This document shows, one piece after another, positions 1 to 14,800 of a DNA stretch of 64,000 bases (the first letter of the stretch is position 1; the number at the start of each line of letters is the position of its first letter). Under the pieces are notes generated by a model. It was not told the DNA's origin, searched no databases, and was given only the letters and a program-made list of their open reading frames with translations. The position numbers and the translations under genes were made by a program. The DNA comes from Antedon mediterranea (taxonomy: Eukaryota; Animalia; Echinodermata), in contig NC_092679.1 of assembly GCF_964355755.1 (NCBI RefSeq), positions 17,963,432 through 18,027,431 on the forward strand, in the 5' to 3' direction.

Positions 1-590
1 TAAAACCAGCATTGAGCGCTGTAATTTTGAAAACATGATTACAATATTTCATGTTCAATTTCATAAATAAAGATATTATTTCAGGCACAATTTATTATTA
101 CAACTGGAACAAAACAAAGTGTCCCCTTAATTTATAAATGTCCCCCGATTATAATAATATATGATTTAATATTAATAACTTTATTTGAAAACGGAAAACT
201 TGATCACTTTAATAATATAGTGTTTTTAATTAGGCTGTTTCAGTAAACAAAACTATATAAAAACAACAAACAATTAAAAGTAAAAGTTAAAAACGAATGC
301 AACTAAAACAATACAAATGTTGAACGGTGTTTACAAATGCAAAGCTAAAACCACAACAAACAAAATGGGGTTGGCTGTAGTGTTAACATATAACTCCCTG
401 TATTGGAGTGCTGAAATATTGTCCCTATTTTGTTTCATGGGAACCGAACATTTCAATACTTTGAGTAGCATGGGCTATTGGATCTGACAACACTTCACTC
501 AAAACGTTTACCTTTAATATTTTAAAGACATTTTAGACAATCATTTTATCCTGTAGAGTTGACCTCATTTGTGTACTTCTCAATTACAGT

Positions 591-1419
591 CCAATAGACA
601 CGTTTCGCGCTCGCGACCAATCAGAAATAGTTGGTATAGATTTGTAAACAAACCGAACACCTCTCGCCTAGTGCGTGTTGAAGCATAGCGAAATGGCGAC
701 TGCCGAGTGCTTTTGTTGCAAGGTGCATCATAAATGTTGTATATGTTGGATAAATCGTGAATTTAACTACACAAAATCACTGAATAATATTCCTGTTTTT
801 AATTTTCAAACACTTGCTGAGTGGTTTGCGTCGGCTCCGAAGGATAGTGGCGCAAAATCTTGGAAATTTTTCAAGGAAAGGTACGTCCACAATGTGCTCG
901 TGTCTCTCCGCCCGCCCGGTGGCGTTGCCTGATGCGGTACTTCGTCTACTCTAGGCCTAGGAGGCTTGGGTGTCTGTTTAAGCGCCGAAGAAAATCACAT
1001 AATACATGGAAGATGCAATAGGAGCATGAAGAAGAATGAAAGATAATAATTAATATATTTACGCAACATTTGTAAATAAAATTAAAAACTAAAAAACAAA
1101 AACAGTTAACATGTATTAAATGCACCGTAATTATATGTCACTTGTGTCAAACCAAATGACAATACATAAATAAAGTCGATGATTCCGAACCAAATGCCCA
1201 AATAATTCTACAGTGAATAAAAAACATAAGTTTAGAAATTAAATAACATCCTTACCATGCCATTCCATCAAAGGCTAGTTTTGACGATTGCTTTTTAAGA
1301 TGATCATCTCTCAGTTCTCCCATGCTTTAACATACCTCTCGCTGTGTTTGTTTACCATTGTATACCCACTAAAAGGTCAAACTGACGGTGACCTCGCGAG
1401 CGCGAAACGTGTCTATTGG
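591..1419. mobile_element. Internally deleted DNA transposon, ISL2EU/PIF-Harbinger-like
   Basis: Perfect 26-bp inverted repeat CCAATAGACACGTTTCGCGCTCGCGA (591-616 / 1394-1419). Can be read as AGAC...GTCT flanked by AT in a CCAATTGG target. Coding remnants KSWKFFKERYVHNV and HIIHGRCNRSMKKNE resemble the start of the accessory (SWIM/YqaJ-type) ORF of such elements (inference). Confidence 0.7.
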
Positions 1420-2890
1420 CTTTTAAACAATGGCTATTTTGACATTATTGATAAATAATATTTCTTTTTTTTGTTAGCTTAGTTAAATAATATTTTGGGC
1501 CTCTTGGACCTATCTTGGTTATTGTCTGTCATGACGGGATTGGGCCATATATATTTATTTATCAAACTATCCCAAACACACAAAAACAATATTACCCCAA
1601 CACTACGCAAACACCTCCCTTCTGACGATAAATAAAATTGATGATGAATTCAAAAGTGGATAGATGGAACGGCAGCCCAAGTGAATGTCACTTCGGCATC
1701 TCATTCAGTTTAACATATTCGCCCCCAATCTACTTCATTAAATTAGATAATTAAAGGTGCTCACTTCAAAACATGAGTTAATAATCACATATCTGCTACA
1801 CATACAAAACAGGAAACAATTATTTTGGTCCCTAGATCCAGATCCCCAGGGGCCTAAATACATGCGATTATTTAACTCCTGTCTTTTTCTTATAAACACC
1901 TGTGAAGTCACATGACCAACACTTAATAGACTGATATTATAAAAATTTGATTGGCAATTTACAGCCAATTTTATGTTATTAATGTGTTTATCAAAGATAT
2001 GATTTTATAATATTAACATGTACAAGAGCTTAGAAATAGACATCTATAGTATTAACATATACTAATGAATTAAAGACTATTTTTGTAGATAAAAAAAGAA
2101 AAAATTTTTTCTTTTTTTATCTTTATTAAAGTGTATATTTTGTTGGATTTATATATTTTATTAAATTTTAGTTTTTTTATTAACTAAATCACACTTTTTA
2201 TATTTCAGAATGTTAAAAATCGTAAAATCCTCCATTTTGACACAAAGATATCAGTGAGAACTCTGCATTGTTGTTTCTGTTATGAAATTTGATAAATGCA
2301 CGACAGACTGTTTGATTGGTATTCTTGTTACATACTTGATTCATTAAAATGCTACTTAACATCTTTGTTGTTTGGAGTACTTAGACGATGTACAATGTAG
2401 ACTTAATTAGGAAGCTGTACTAATTGGCTGATTGCGTACTAAAAACACTGAACATTACATTTCCTTTAGAATAATTATTTCATAAATTGATAATTAGTTT
2501 TAATAATAATTTTATTTTTCAGTTAATGCTCAGATCAGATCACAATATTACATTAGAAATACTGTAGGAGCAATTGTATTTTATTTGTGGAATTAACTAC
2601 TAATCTTTTCATTTTCTGGATGTTTGAAACATAATCACCTATAATTTCTTTGTAATCTGTTTTCACATGCGTGGTGATGTGTATTGTGAATTTGCGCAAT
2701 GCTTCAGGGCAGGATTCCCCTATTTTTGCGTGGTAACTATTGTAGCTTTAGGGACCATATGTCAAATCATTTTACCGCAGTAAATACAATTTCTTTACTA
2801 TTTACGTTACTGCAGTAAAATCATGTAACTGCAGTAGAACTATTGTGTCATGATCTCTTATTACAGGATTAAACTTATTTATTGTTTTAC

Positions 2891-5800
2891 CTTGAGCATG
2901 TTAACGAGATCCATATTTGGCTCTACCGGTGGTTTTATATGCGTTAAACGCATCAGCTCCTCAAACGTAACCGTCAGTTGGGCCATCTTGCGGAAGTTAA
3001 TTTGCGATTTCTCCGTTTTGTCTGGTAGAGCTGTGTGTAATAGTACTAAATCTTTTAAATGTACCCCTGGTAAAAATTAAAAAGTTTTTATCATGAAAAA
3101 TGATTTTGTTTTGGACAATCTCTTATTATCATCATCTGGTAAAGAGCATTACAGGATATATAAATGTCAATCAAAATTTGATCTTAATCATGCCATGAAA
3201 ATATTTTTAATGATTTATAAAAATTTAAAAATTAAAGTAACTCACCTCTGTAGTAATAGTTACCACATATGAAGATTTGGGGAAAAAAGAAAAAAAATTA
3301 CAATTAAAATATGAAAAAAAATTACCATTGACAAACAATGCCATGGTCTATGCATTGCTATTTATCACATACTGACATTGCCAAATTGTCACCTCACATT
3401 GTGTCACTGACACACATTGCACACTATTATATAAAACGATGTTAAATATTAAAATGAAAATCAGGTTCTTTCCTTCTTTCCATTCATGCCTATGCGCACA
3501 TGTTGTTAGTATTACTGTATAGTTTATTTATCAATAACGTATACACAACACGTTGTAGTTCCATAATACATTGTTGGTATCAGGTTTATATTTGTTATTA
3601 ACGTTGACTTGGGGTGGGATGGAATTGTGATATAAGCCCATCTTCTTGAAATTGGAATTGTGTTGGAAGACCTGTTATCAGGTGATTCTGTTAACATTAA
3701 TACAGGTAATTAGCAAATGGCAAAAGAAGTAAGTTTATTTTTATTAACAAATGACAGGTAGCAAAAGGTGTATGTGGATAGTCTGTTTTTAGTGATATAG
3801 GATGCAAATTATAGGGTGGAATGGAATGCAATACAACATTGTACCATATTGAAACAGTTATAAGCCCCATGCTCTTAAAATTGGAATTGTGACAAGTATG
3901 TGTTTTACTCAATGGCCAAAATGATATGGAGTTAAGCTCTGTCTACACTATCAACCTTTATGTGACCAAAAAATGTGATGAGCCCATGACACGATGACAT
4001 CACATCACTTCCATATTAGGGCACATCACACTTTTTTTGTAAAACTAGTTTGATAGTGCAGACAGAGCTTTATCTTTTTGGTGAAGCACTTTTAAGATAA
4101 ATGATTTTAATTTTATCTACAATAAAACTTAATGATGACGTTCAACTAGAAACTCAAAACCAAGAAATCTAACCTCTACAGAATTGTTTATCCAGCCTTA
4201 ATCATTTGATTTACAAATTAAATTTGCAGGCAGAACTTTCTTATTCTATTGCAATAACATATGTAGAAAATACTGAGAAAAACTAATAAGTGTTAGACAT
4301 CACTTGTTAAGCTGTATATGTGTGGAGAAAGTCACCTGTATCAGACGACAGTCATCCACGATTAGCTGGGCCTCTCTACGACACACACCTGTGTCAAATA
4401 CCTGTATTTTGGGCATGCCAAAATACAAACTTGAACTTTTTTGGGGTAGGGGGAGATGTCCTTATGCAGACTGCCTTATGTCCTTTTTATAAGTCTATCT
4501 AAATTCACAGTCAAGTTATCACAATTCATTTTTTCCAAAAAACCATGTCATCAAAACCATTTTTCACTATACTTATATACTATATTTGGCAGGGAGTGAA
4601 GGGGAGGAGGTGGGTGGTGTGAGAGAAAGCAATCTCTATTTTTCTACAAACTACTTGGTATATTTGTATCACTGTGTGTCTGAATACTTACAGAATTGGA
4701 ATTTTGAAACCCTTGGCCTCGTTAAGTGCTTTTCTGTAATTGCTAAAATTAGAAGTTGACGATAACAATTCTGTCATCTCTGTAATAATCTAGACAAGAT
4801 AAAAATAGAGTAATCATCATATATAAGATCCAATGGAAAACAATACATTAGAACGTCTATTATGAGGGATACTTTCAGGATCCAACAAAGTGTAGGGGTG
4901 TCTCTTCAAAAGGTGAAGGGTGTCTCTTCCTGTCATTATTTTCATTGGAATGTATCCCTTTAATAGGGATGTCCCTAAATAGGGGTGTCCCCTGAGTAGG
5001 GATGTCCCTGAACAGGGTTGTCACATGAACAGGGTTGTCCCATGAATAGGGGTGTGATCCCTGAATAGGGGTGTCCCAAAGGAATGGTTCTACTATAAGT
5101 AAAAACTATCGAGTACTCAGTATCCTTTTGTTTTACTGAAATTTATTTCTTGGAAATATCTAACTAGTGTGCATAGGCCTAATAGATGCCAATGACAATC
5201 ATCTAGTGGAACATCTACTGGGGAAATATTGTAATTGTCAACACCCTATTATATGCAGAGGAGACACTAATGAGACACTTTGTAGGGAACCAAAGGTGCC
5301 CTCTTAATAGGGGTTCTAGTGTAAATTAACAAGGATTAAAGAGTAACCTGCATATGCATTAGTACAGAAGAAGGTCCACACCCCCATACCCCTGAAACTC
5401 ACCACCAACCATAAGAAAAACTATTTTATATAAAAAATTTCAATAATGGAGAAATATAAAACAAATTCTCAGATGACTAAGGTGAACCACCTTTATTGCC
5501 TTGCAAAGCTTCCCAATTTGTTTTAAATCTTATATTCAGTCCATCTAAATCCGCTGGAATGTCATAAATTTAACTGTTGCATTATATTTTTGAAAACAGG
5601 TATAACAACTTGATGAAATATGTATTCATATGAATATATAGTGGAAATAATAGTTCTAGATGGATAATGATAATTCTAAAAATATTTAACTTTTTCAAAA
5701 ATAAGTCCATGAATAATTTTGTAAATAATATTATTATTTTTAGGTTTGTGCAATTTATATTTTTGCTTTCTATTGAGTGTCCTTCGATAATTTTGTAAAC

Positions 5801-8800
5801 ATAAAAATATGTTTACAGTCTACAGAATGCTATTTTTACAGTTTCCACAAAAGAATATCTAAAAGCAGCTATTGTCGTAATTTGAACTATTTTTTATAAT
5901 TGCAAATATCACAACCACAGAATTTTGATTGATTTATTTGTAAGCAAACTTTTATTTTTATTCATTGTTTTTGTTTCTTGAATAACTTTATTAAAACTAT
6001 AAATTCATCTCAAATTGTCATGATAGAGTTCGAAATATCTTGTAATTGATAAGCGAAAAATAAAACATAGAAAGACAACATATTATTATATAATTATTAT
6101 TATTAAAAATTATCAAATTAATGTATAGGAAGAACATATAAATTCATTTTATTCATATTATATTGTGTCTGTCCCTGGGTCATTTTGAAACAAGTCCTGA
6201 GAACTTCTAATCATGATTCAAACTAACGGCCTTGGGAAAAACACCAATCTGGTTATTCAAGTGTTGCATCCATTTTGAAATAAAGTTGTTATTATTATTA
6301 TTATATAAACCGATAGAATAATCTTATCCTAATGCATAACAAAATCATTATTATCAAATTTATTATTTTCTGTATATCATCTTCAAATGTGTATATCACA
6401 TATTGTGTTCTATTGGTTAAATAAATGTTATCAAATCAAATCAAATAAAAAAAAACAATAATGACCATTTCAATGCTCTACATACCTTCTGTTTTTCGGG
6501 TGAAATGTGAGAGTTTGTTTGACGTAACCTAGCCAACGAGCTATGACTTAATCCACCAACAACAGCCATTAATGTATTAAAATTGTTCAGTTCTTGTAAT
6601 CTCTGCAAAATTAATTTTTGTAATATTTAAATATAGGAGGACCTAGTTAAGATGGAAGGGCACTCTGTATACCACCTTCTCATTTTCACCCTCTTTTTTT
6701 TTCTTATCATACATTACTTTATACTTCTAATTTTTCGTTTATTTATTTTTAAATTCAGAAAAAACTAATTTCAGAACTCTGAATTGGCTGAAATAACGTC
6801 AAAATTAATTTACTGCAGTAATAGGAGTAACTACATTTTGCAATATTGTATGATTTTTAAATGTAGAAGTTATGAGAGAGTCATTGCAATAAACAGTGTA
6901 AAAGAGTAAAGAAAGATGTAGTTACTGCAGAAAACTGCAGTAGATTAATTTAGAAATGGTCCGTTAGTGCTTTCTAAATGACTGCATTATTTCCTACAAC
7001 ATTTATGAGATGTAAAGCTCTTGGCAGCCCAGTACCTCATGTCACACCCCCACTTTAATACTAAATGCGATGATAGTATTTGATTAATGTATCTGTCATT
7101 GTGTACTTCATTTTGTATTCAAATCTTCTTTAAGTACGCCAATTGATTCAATTTGATTTGCCTTATGATGTCATCATGATTAGGGCTCACATCACAAATA
7201 CATCAGTGTGGGTGGACGAGTGAACTACATACGTTTACTCAGCATCACTACTAATGTGCGGTAATAGATTCTTTAAGGCATCGAATACTAATCAATGAAC
7301 AATATAAGCAGAAGCAAGTAGTAATAGATAAATTGATATGAAATGAGAAATTGTAGACAATTAAAATACTATACACGGCAAATTTCAATCTTGACGGTAA
7401 AAACGTAAAATATATTCATTAAATTAAAATACCAATCATGTTTATTTATAATTTGCAATTTTGGAATTTGTATTTATTTCTTATAGTATAGTACAATAAT
7501 AGGCGGATCCAAGAAGATGGGGACATATTTGGCCTCTGCAGAGCTCCCACTTCTCCCCCACCCCCATCCCCTTCCTACACTCACTATGGACTGAGTGCAG
7601 AATCTGTTTGGGCTTAAGCCTATTCTCATTCCTGGTTATTTTTACATTGATGACCGAATAAATATTATTATTATTATTATAAATATTATTTCAATATCTC
7701 CATAATATGAAAATTATTATAATGTTATGTTCTACAGTTAAATATAGTGTACGGTTCTTATATATAATAAAAAGTATATTATTAATTATTTAAACACTTT
7801 CGAAATCATGTTCTAGATATATATTGCATATAACCTTGGCTCGCAGAATATTCAAATGGGCTCTACAGCAGGTTTTTCAAATTTGTCTTTATAAATGTGG
7901 GCGAACACTTCAAATATGGCACAGGAATAAAAGCATAATCAATTATTTAAGCATAAGGTAATTAATAGGACAAATATTTATTTATTTAGTATCTGCTTTA
8001 AATGCTTTTTACCAACGCATTCACTATGATTTTCATTGACTTTTGTGAAAATTGGGGAAAAAATATGCGCAATGTATTTTTTTTCCCACCTTTCGTAAAA
8101 CCTTGGATTTTTTTTTTCCTCTTTTGTGGTGTAATCTACCACATTTATTCATTTATTCATTCATCATAATTATTACAAATACATATTGACATATTACAAT
8201 CTTTTTTTTCCATTATTTTCTGATTTTTTTGATAATTTTATTAGCACGGTTTACTGGGAATGTTTTACGGTATATGGCCCTTGCCTTCCCCTTAAGATAT
8301 GTGTGATGTATGTATCCATTTCTTTTCATTAATCATTACATTAATGTAATAAAAGTCCTTGTATTATAGATTTATATTTGACTTAATTGGCAAAATGACA
8401 TCATTATGATATTCATAAATCATGGGTTTTCAAAGAATTCCGTCTGTGAATAGATTTAGTAAATAACGATTGACTTAATTGGCTGGTCTTGCGTCAATGT
8501 TACTAAATACTCTACGTCTTAATTAGGAATAATATAATTTCATTTATTTATTCCATTTTAAATTTGATATATGACATCATCAAACCCGTGGTGAATTCAC
8601 ATGTCATGAGAATCGTGTGTGAACAGGACTAAGCATTAATGATTAATTACAGTTCACACATAAGCATCGCTTGTCTGTAACCTTAGGGCATGGGGAGTTT
8701 CGGTCTGGAATTGTTGCCTGAGGTGCGAAAACTGTCAACATAGAAATGAAGCAATGGTGAATTTGTGTAAAAAAATGTATTTTCTAGAATACAGTAGAAC

Positions 8801-11800
8801 CTCTAGTCTATTAAGTGGACACCCTCAGGACCCACCAAAGTGTCCCCTCTGAATACGAGTTAATTTAACCAAATTTACCCTGGTTTTTTTCACAGGAAAG
8901 CGTCCCCTGATTAGGGACGTCCCAAATGAGGGGTCGTACTGTGTAAAGTTCTGTCTATACTATCAAACTAGTTTGACAAAAAAAAAGTATGATGCGCTCA
9001 AATATGGTAGTGATATGCTCATATTTGGTAGTGAGCATAGGTGTTTATATATCGGCACATCACATTTTTTGTCACATAGAGTTTGATAGTTTAGACAGAG
9101 CTTGAGATGAACAATCTCAATAATCGTTCTACATTCTAACTACAATTAACACTCAACATATAAAAAATTGATGACCTCGGCTGAGTCTATGGATTTAACT
9201 AATAATTAATAATAATTATGATAAACGGCATCTGTCTAGTTATTTACAGTTTGTAATCATGACCGGAAAACTTGCAATTGTGGATAGAATTTGCGAGATC
9301 CTACAAGGATCAGCGATCTCACGTCACATGACGTCACAACCACACCTTGGGTAAACGAACACTGTCATATTGCGTGATACAAGCATACCGTGGTCAGGAA
9401 ACAGTTAAAGGTCACGGATCTTGCTAGTTGTACTATCAGTAACAAATCCCTGAATAAATTGCCTTTTATCAGGTATGCAATACGCGGTTTCACGCTTCAG
9501 TGTACAGGTTTAGACTCGATTGCCAGGTGCTTTGCATTACCTGGGGATTTCAGTTAAAACACAGCCAACTACGTATATTACGTTGATAATAATAATAATA
9601 ATAATAATAATAATTGATGTGTTTGGTTAGAATTTAACCTTTTTCATATAACTAGTATGATATACATTTATAATAATTAGATTTAAACTGTTTGACTTTT
9701 GTGAATTTCAATCAGTTTCTGAATTAATAAAAAATAATTGATGACGAAAGTGGTTATCATTTGAAGTAATAGATAACAATATACCTACGTTCCTTATATT
9801 AGATAAATATATAAAATTGTTATTTTGTATATTGTATTAAGCTAGTTTGACAAAAAAAGTGTGGCCGCCAAAATATGGAATCATTGTGTCCATATATGGA
9901 CACATCACAACATAAAATTTGATAGTGTAGACAGAGTTTAAAAGAGGGTTCTAACAAAAACCAGACTGCTTTAAGAAAGGCTGATACCAAATCGATGGAT
10001 TGAAATGACACATTATTATAATGATACACAAAATCCTGATTTAAGAAAAATCTGATAGCACATCAGATTTGAATAAAAAATTACATTTTAAATAGATTAT
10101 TCTAAAATCATAATTCGTATTAATTAGTCCCATATGGTTGACTTATAAATATTCATGAGCGATTAGAAAAGAAGAAGTAAAATCTATTCAAGACTACTTC
10201 AAATTTTCAACTTTAATAGGGTCAACAAGAATTTCCACTACAATTGTAAATACATTTATTTTAGAGAGTATATAAGAAAAATGCAGATGGATTATTAATA
10301 ATAATAATATTTATTTGGTCACCAATGAAAAATAATCAGGATTGAATGTGTTTAAACATGGGAGTAAAGTCACAAATTATGTATGTTTTGTATGCAAATC
10401 CAAAGGCAAATTAATAAAAAAATGTCAATGCTGTGGGTATCAGTGGCTGGATCGCAATGGAGATACAAAAAAAAATCACATGATAAAGCAGACAGAAAAG
10501 TTAGCAGAGCTTTCGGGCAACACTGGTCCTTCATCAGTGTTTTGTATACATATACATTTTCTAAATACAGATTTAAAGTAGTGTGAGGAGTAACAGTAAG
10601 CGAGAAAACCGTTTAGCTTGTCCCACATTGAATCTGTATCTATCATGAGCAAGTTTTCCACTCAAACATCGTTTTCTATGTACTATATATTTAAATTACA
10701 AATGTTGCTATTGTATGTATAGTAAATTAGATGTATAAATCAATAAATGTTATCATGAAAATATATCTAATCTTATACAAATCTTTAATTACAAAAAAAC
10801 ATGTATGAAAAATTGATCACCTTAAGGATATGAACCTGTGACTTTTATTAATAGGGCAAGTGACTAATCTCTTTAACCTTTTTATGATTAAACAGGTCAG
10901 ATATTTTATCGTGTAGTGTATATATGACATTTAACATGAAACATAAGCAGATTTATTACATGATGAACACATGATAAACATTCACCTACTGTACATGATT
11001 TGAACATGTGACCTCTTACTTTTAGGACAGGTGACTAATCTCATAGACCATCATTATGCAGGATATACAGTCTAGATACACTTTATCAGGCATATATTTT
11101 TGTATACATATCGAAAAGCGAGCAACTCTCCAATTACGGGATAGATAAACTTTTTTTATAATTATTGTGATTTAATCCTCTAGTCTTATTAGAGGCTTAG
11201 GAAGTAGTTAAAAGTTTTCACTAGGTTAGAATTGAACTCTGGACATTGAGATTGAAGACAAACATGTTAACCACCAAGCTACAGCTCCACTGTACAACTC
11301 CTATTGACGACCTAACAACATTTTTTATTCACCCTACATGAATCGAACCTCTGACCTTCTGCTTTACAGGACAAGTGACTAATCTAATAGACATCTTTAT
11401 GATTAAGCAGGTTAAGAAGACCAGATACATTTCATTTAAGAAAATGAGGCAATTGACAACATAACAACATTTTGATGACTGATAAATTTCACACTACATA
11501 TGGTTCGGACTGCTGACCTTTTGCTTACAGGACAAGTGACTAACCGCTAGACCACTTTTGGATTGAGCAGTTTATGCATTATATTTTGCAATACTGTATA
11601 TAATACTATTAGGAAAACATAAGTACTGTATTGCGATATTTATTTAATTACCTATAAATGATAAAAGATGGTATATTGAATTTAAATCCTTTATATTAAC
11701 AATAAACAAAAACAAACAAATTTCTTTTACAATTTAAAATGATTTCAAAACTGTATAAAAATTCATCTAAAGTATTTTCAAACAAACAAGCATTTATATT

Positions 11801-14800
11801 TGTTTATTGAAAATATCAGCTTTAAAATGCCTATTCAATTAAGCCTGTTCTAAATCATACAAAACGCTGACGTCACTGACACAGGCCGATATGTTATAAT
11901 GACGTTGATTTCCAACAAAGTGTTGCAACAAATAATATTGTAGATATTCAAAAAAGAAAATACATGAAAAAAACGAAAATGCAGTGATAAGATTGAATAC
12001 AGACGTATTACTATATAATATAGACAATGCCTATCAACAAAAACAGATATGTTTTGTAACCATGTTAAAGGGCCAACTGAAACATGTTTTACGCTCTATA
12101 TATATTTGTATGCTGTTTGATGTTGTTGAATTAAATTGAATTGTCTTTCTCTAGATAAAAAAACGGCAATAAAACCTACTTACAATATGATGAATGAATA
12201 AAATTTTTAAAAAATTTATTTCATCAAATGCCATACAAATAATACAGAGCATAAAAAAGGACCAACCTAGAAGTAAGCTTATCTCAGTTGGCCCTTTAAT
12301 AATAATAATTAATTGAATTTAATAAATTACCATAAGACCGAGTAGGCCAAATGATTACAAATTTGTCAAAAATTAGGGTATTGGATTATATACTCAGATC
12401 ACATTAACATTGGATTTACCAAATCCTTGTGTCTAAATTTAGCCTAAATTTGTGGGTGGGACTATAATCAACCATGGGATTATACTCGGTCACATACAGT
12501 ATATTAAAAATAAACTTTATAAATATAGAAACTAGAGGTATACTTACAACTGCTACATTGACAAATTTCTCCATGACCTCTGCCCTTTGCTTTGGCGTGT
12601 GTCGACTTAGTACCATACATTGAATCCACATGGATAATCCATTGAATAGGCCAACCGAACGTTCCAACTTTACGTTATCCTTCAGCTGACCGCTCAGGGC
12701 ATAGCTTTTAAAATCGCCAAACTAAAACAATAAAGACAAGGCGGATTAACATTAATATGAATATAGCACATAGGTGAAAAAAAAGGTTGAAATAGTGGGA
12801 AGAAGGTATAGAAAATAGACTCACATATGAGATGTTCCTATTCCCAAATAATTGACAAATAAAAAGCTTTTCAGTATTTGAGTATTTTTCAGTAAAGTCA
12901 CAATGGAAAATAGGAAATCCAAATTTCTCATTTACAACAAATTATATTTGTTTTTAATTAATAGCATGTTTAATCAACAAATTTTAATTTCAATATTTGT
13001 AATTTGTATAGTGCAATTACACAGTGACAATACATTTCATTGTAGCTTTGGTGAAATGGAGAACAGAAAAAAAAACATGTTATTATATGTTACTTGTATA
13101 GTTTTGAGTTTCTCCATGCCTAGAATATATATATATATATGTATACATATGTCGTATATATAAATCCAAAGGCAAATTACTGAAAAAAATGACAATGCTG
13201 TGGGTATCAGTGGCTGGATCTCAATGGAGATACAAAAATAAAAAGCAAAAAGCTAAATCAAAACGATAAAGTAAACATATATATAATATACATAAATGAG
13301 AAAATCTATGCTTGGAAAATGTATATATATATCCGTATAAATATGTCGTATATATAATATATATATAAATGAGAATAATCTATGCTTGGAAAATGTATAT
13401 ATACAAATGTCGTATATATAAAAATATACACAAATGAGAAAATAGCTCAGAACCAAAACAAAGGGAATACTTTATTTTACGTAGTTTTGTGCAACTGTAT
13501 CTTTAAAAAAGGTTTAAAGGTCAACGATTCAGATTAACCAATCAACATTCTTGAGTACATACTCAATGTTTTATATTATCCAATCAAAATACATAATGGT
13601 TCTCATCCAAGTCATTATGTTATTGATAGCATCTATATTTGGCAACTATCTATCTTGAATATATTTTTAGATTTAATTGGTAACATCTGACCTAAAATAT
13701 ATAATAATAGATTAAGTTTGCGAGTAGTAAGTCCCTGCAGCTCTAATTCCTCTTTTATTTTTAATTCAAATAAAAAAAGAAATTTATTTTTACCATTAAA
13801 AACAATAAAGCAAAATGAATAGGTAGTTTAGAATCTAAGCTTGACTCAACTACCAACAAGTGATAGCACATACTCTATATAAGTTTTTATGGCGAGCTAA
13901 TTACGCGGAGTGTGGAGCTACTACCTCAGAGTAGGATTATATGAGTGAGGGCTATTTCTCAGGGAGGACTTATATATGTGTGAGCTATTCCTAAGGGTGG
14001 ACTTATACATGAGTGTGGGCTACTCCTCAGGGTGGACTTAACACGAGTGTGGGCTATTCCTCAAGGTAAACTTATACATGAGTATGGGCTATTGCTCAGG
14101 GTGGACTTATACATGAGTGTGCAGTGATGTACAGCCACAAGAAATAAAGTGGTTCGGTTTTCGCAAGAAAAGGGAAACACCTCTGTTAAGCCACTGGGTT
14201 GTCAAATGCATCTGTGAAAAAGTGGTCACTGAAACCTTCCCAACCATACTGGTGGCTACAGCCCTGGTGTGGGCTATTCCTCAGGGTGGACTTATACATG
14301 AGTGTGGGCTATTCCTCAGGGTAGACTTATACATGACTGTGGGCTATTCCTCAGGGTGGACTTATACATGAGTGTGGGCTAGTCCTCAGGGTGGACTTAT
14401 ACATGAGTGTGGGCTATTCCTCAGGGTGGACTTATACATGAGTGTGGGCTATTCCTCAGGGTGGACTTATACATGAGTGTGGGCTATTCCTCAGGGTGGA
14501 CTTATACATGAGTGTGGGCTATTCCTCAGGGTGGACTTATACATGAGTGTGGGCTATTCCTCAGGGTAGACTTATACGCAAGTATGGGCTATTCCGCAAG
14601 GTGGACTTATACATGACTGTGGGCTATTCCTCAGGGTGGACTTATACATGACTGTGGGCTATTCCTCAGGGTGGACTTATACATGAGTGTGGGCTATTCC
14701 TCAGGGTGGACTTATACATGAGTGTGGGCTATTCCTCAGGGTGGACTTATACATGAGTGTGGGCTATTCCTCAGGGTGGACTTATACATGAGTGTAGGCT

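Noticed and set aside
7233-9580. Exon-like segments (7287-7233, 8731-8682, donor at 9540) and a CRE palindrome (9329-9336; another at 11868) within a RasGRP intron
   Set aside because: The protein is complete without them, the 7233 segment has stops in all frames and one donor is weak. An internal promoter or poison exon cannot be supported without RNA data.
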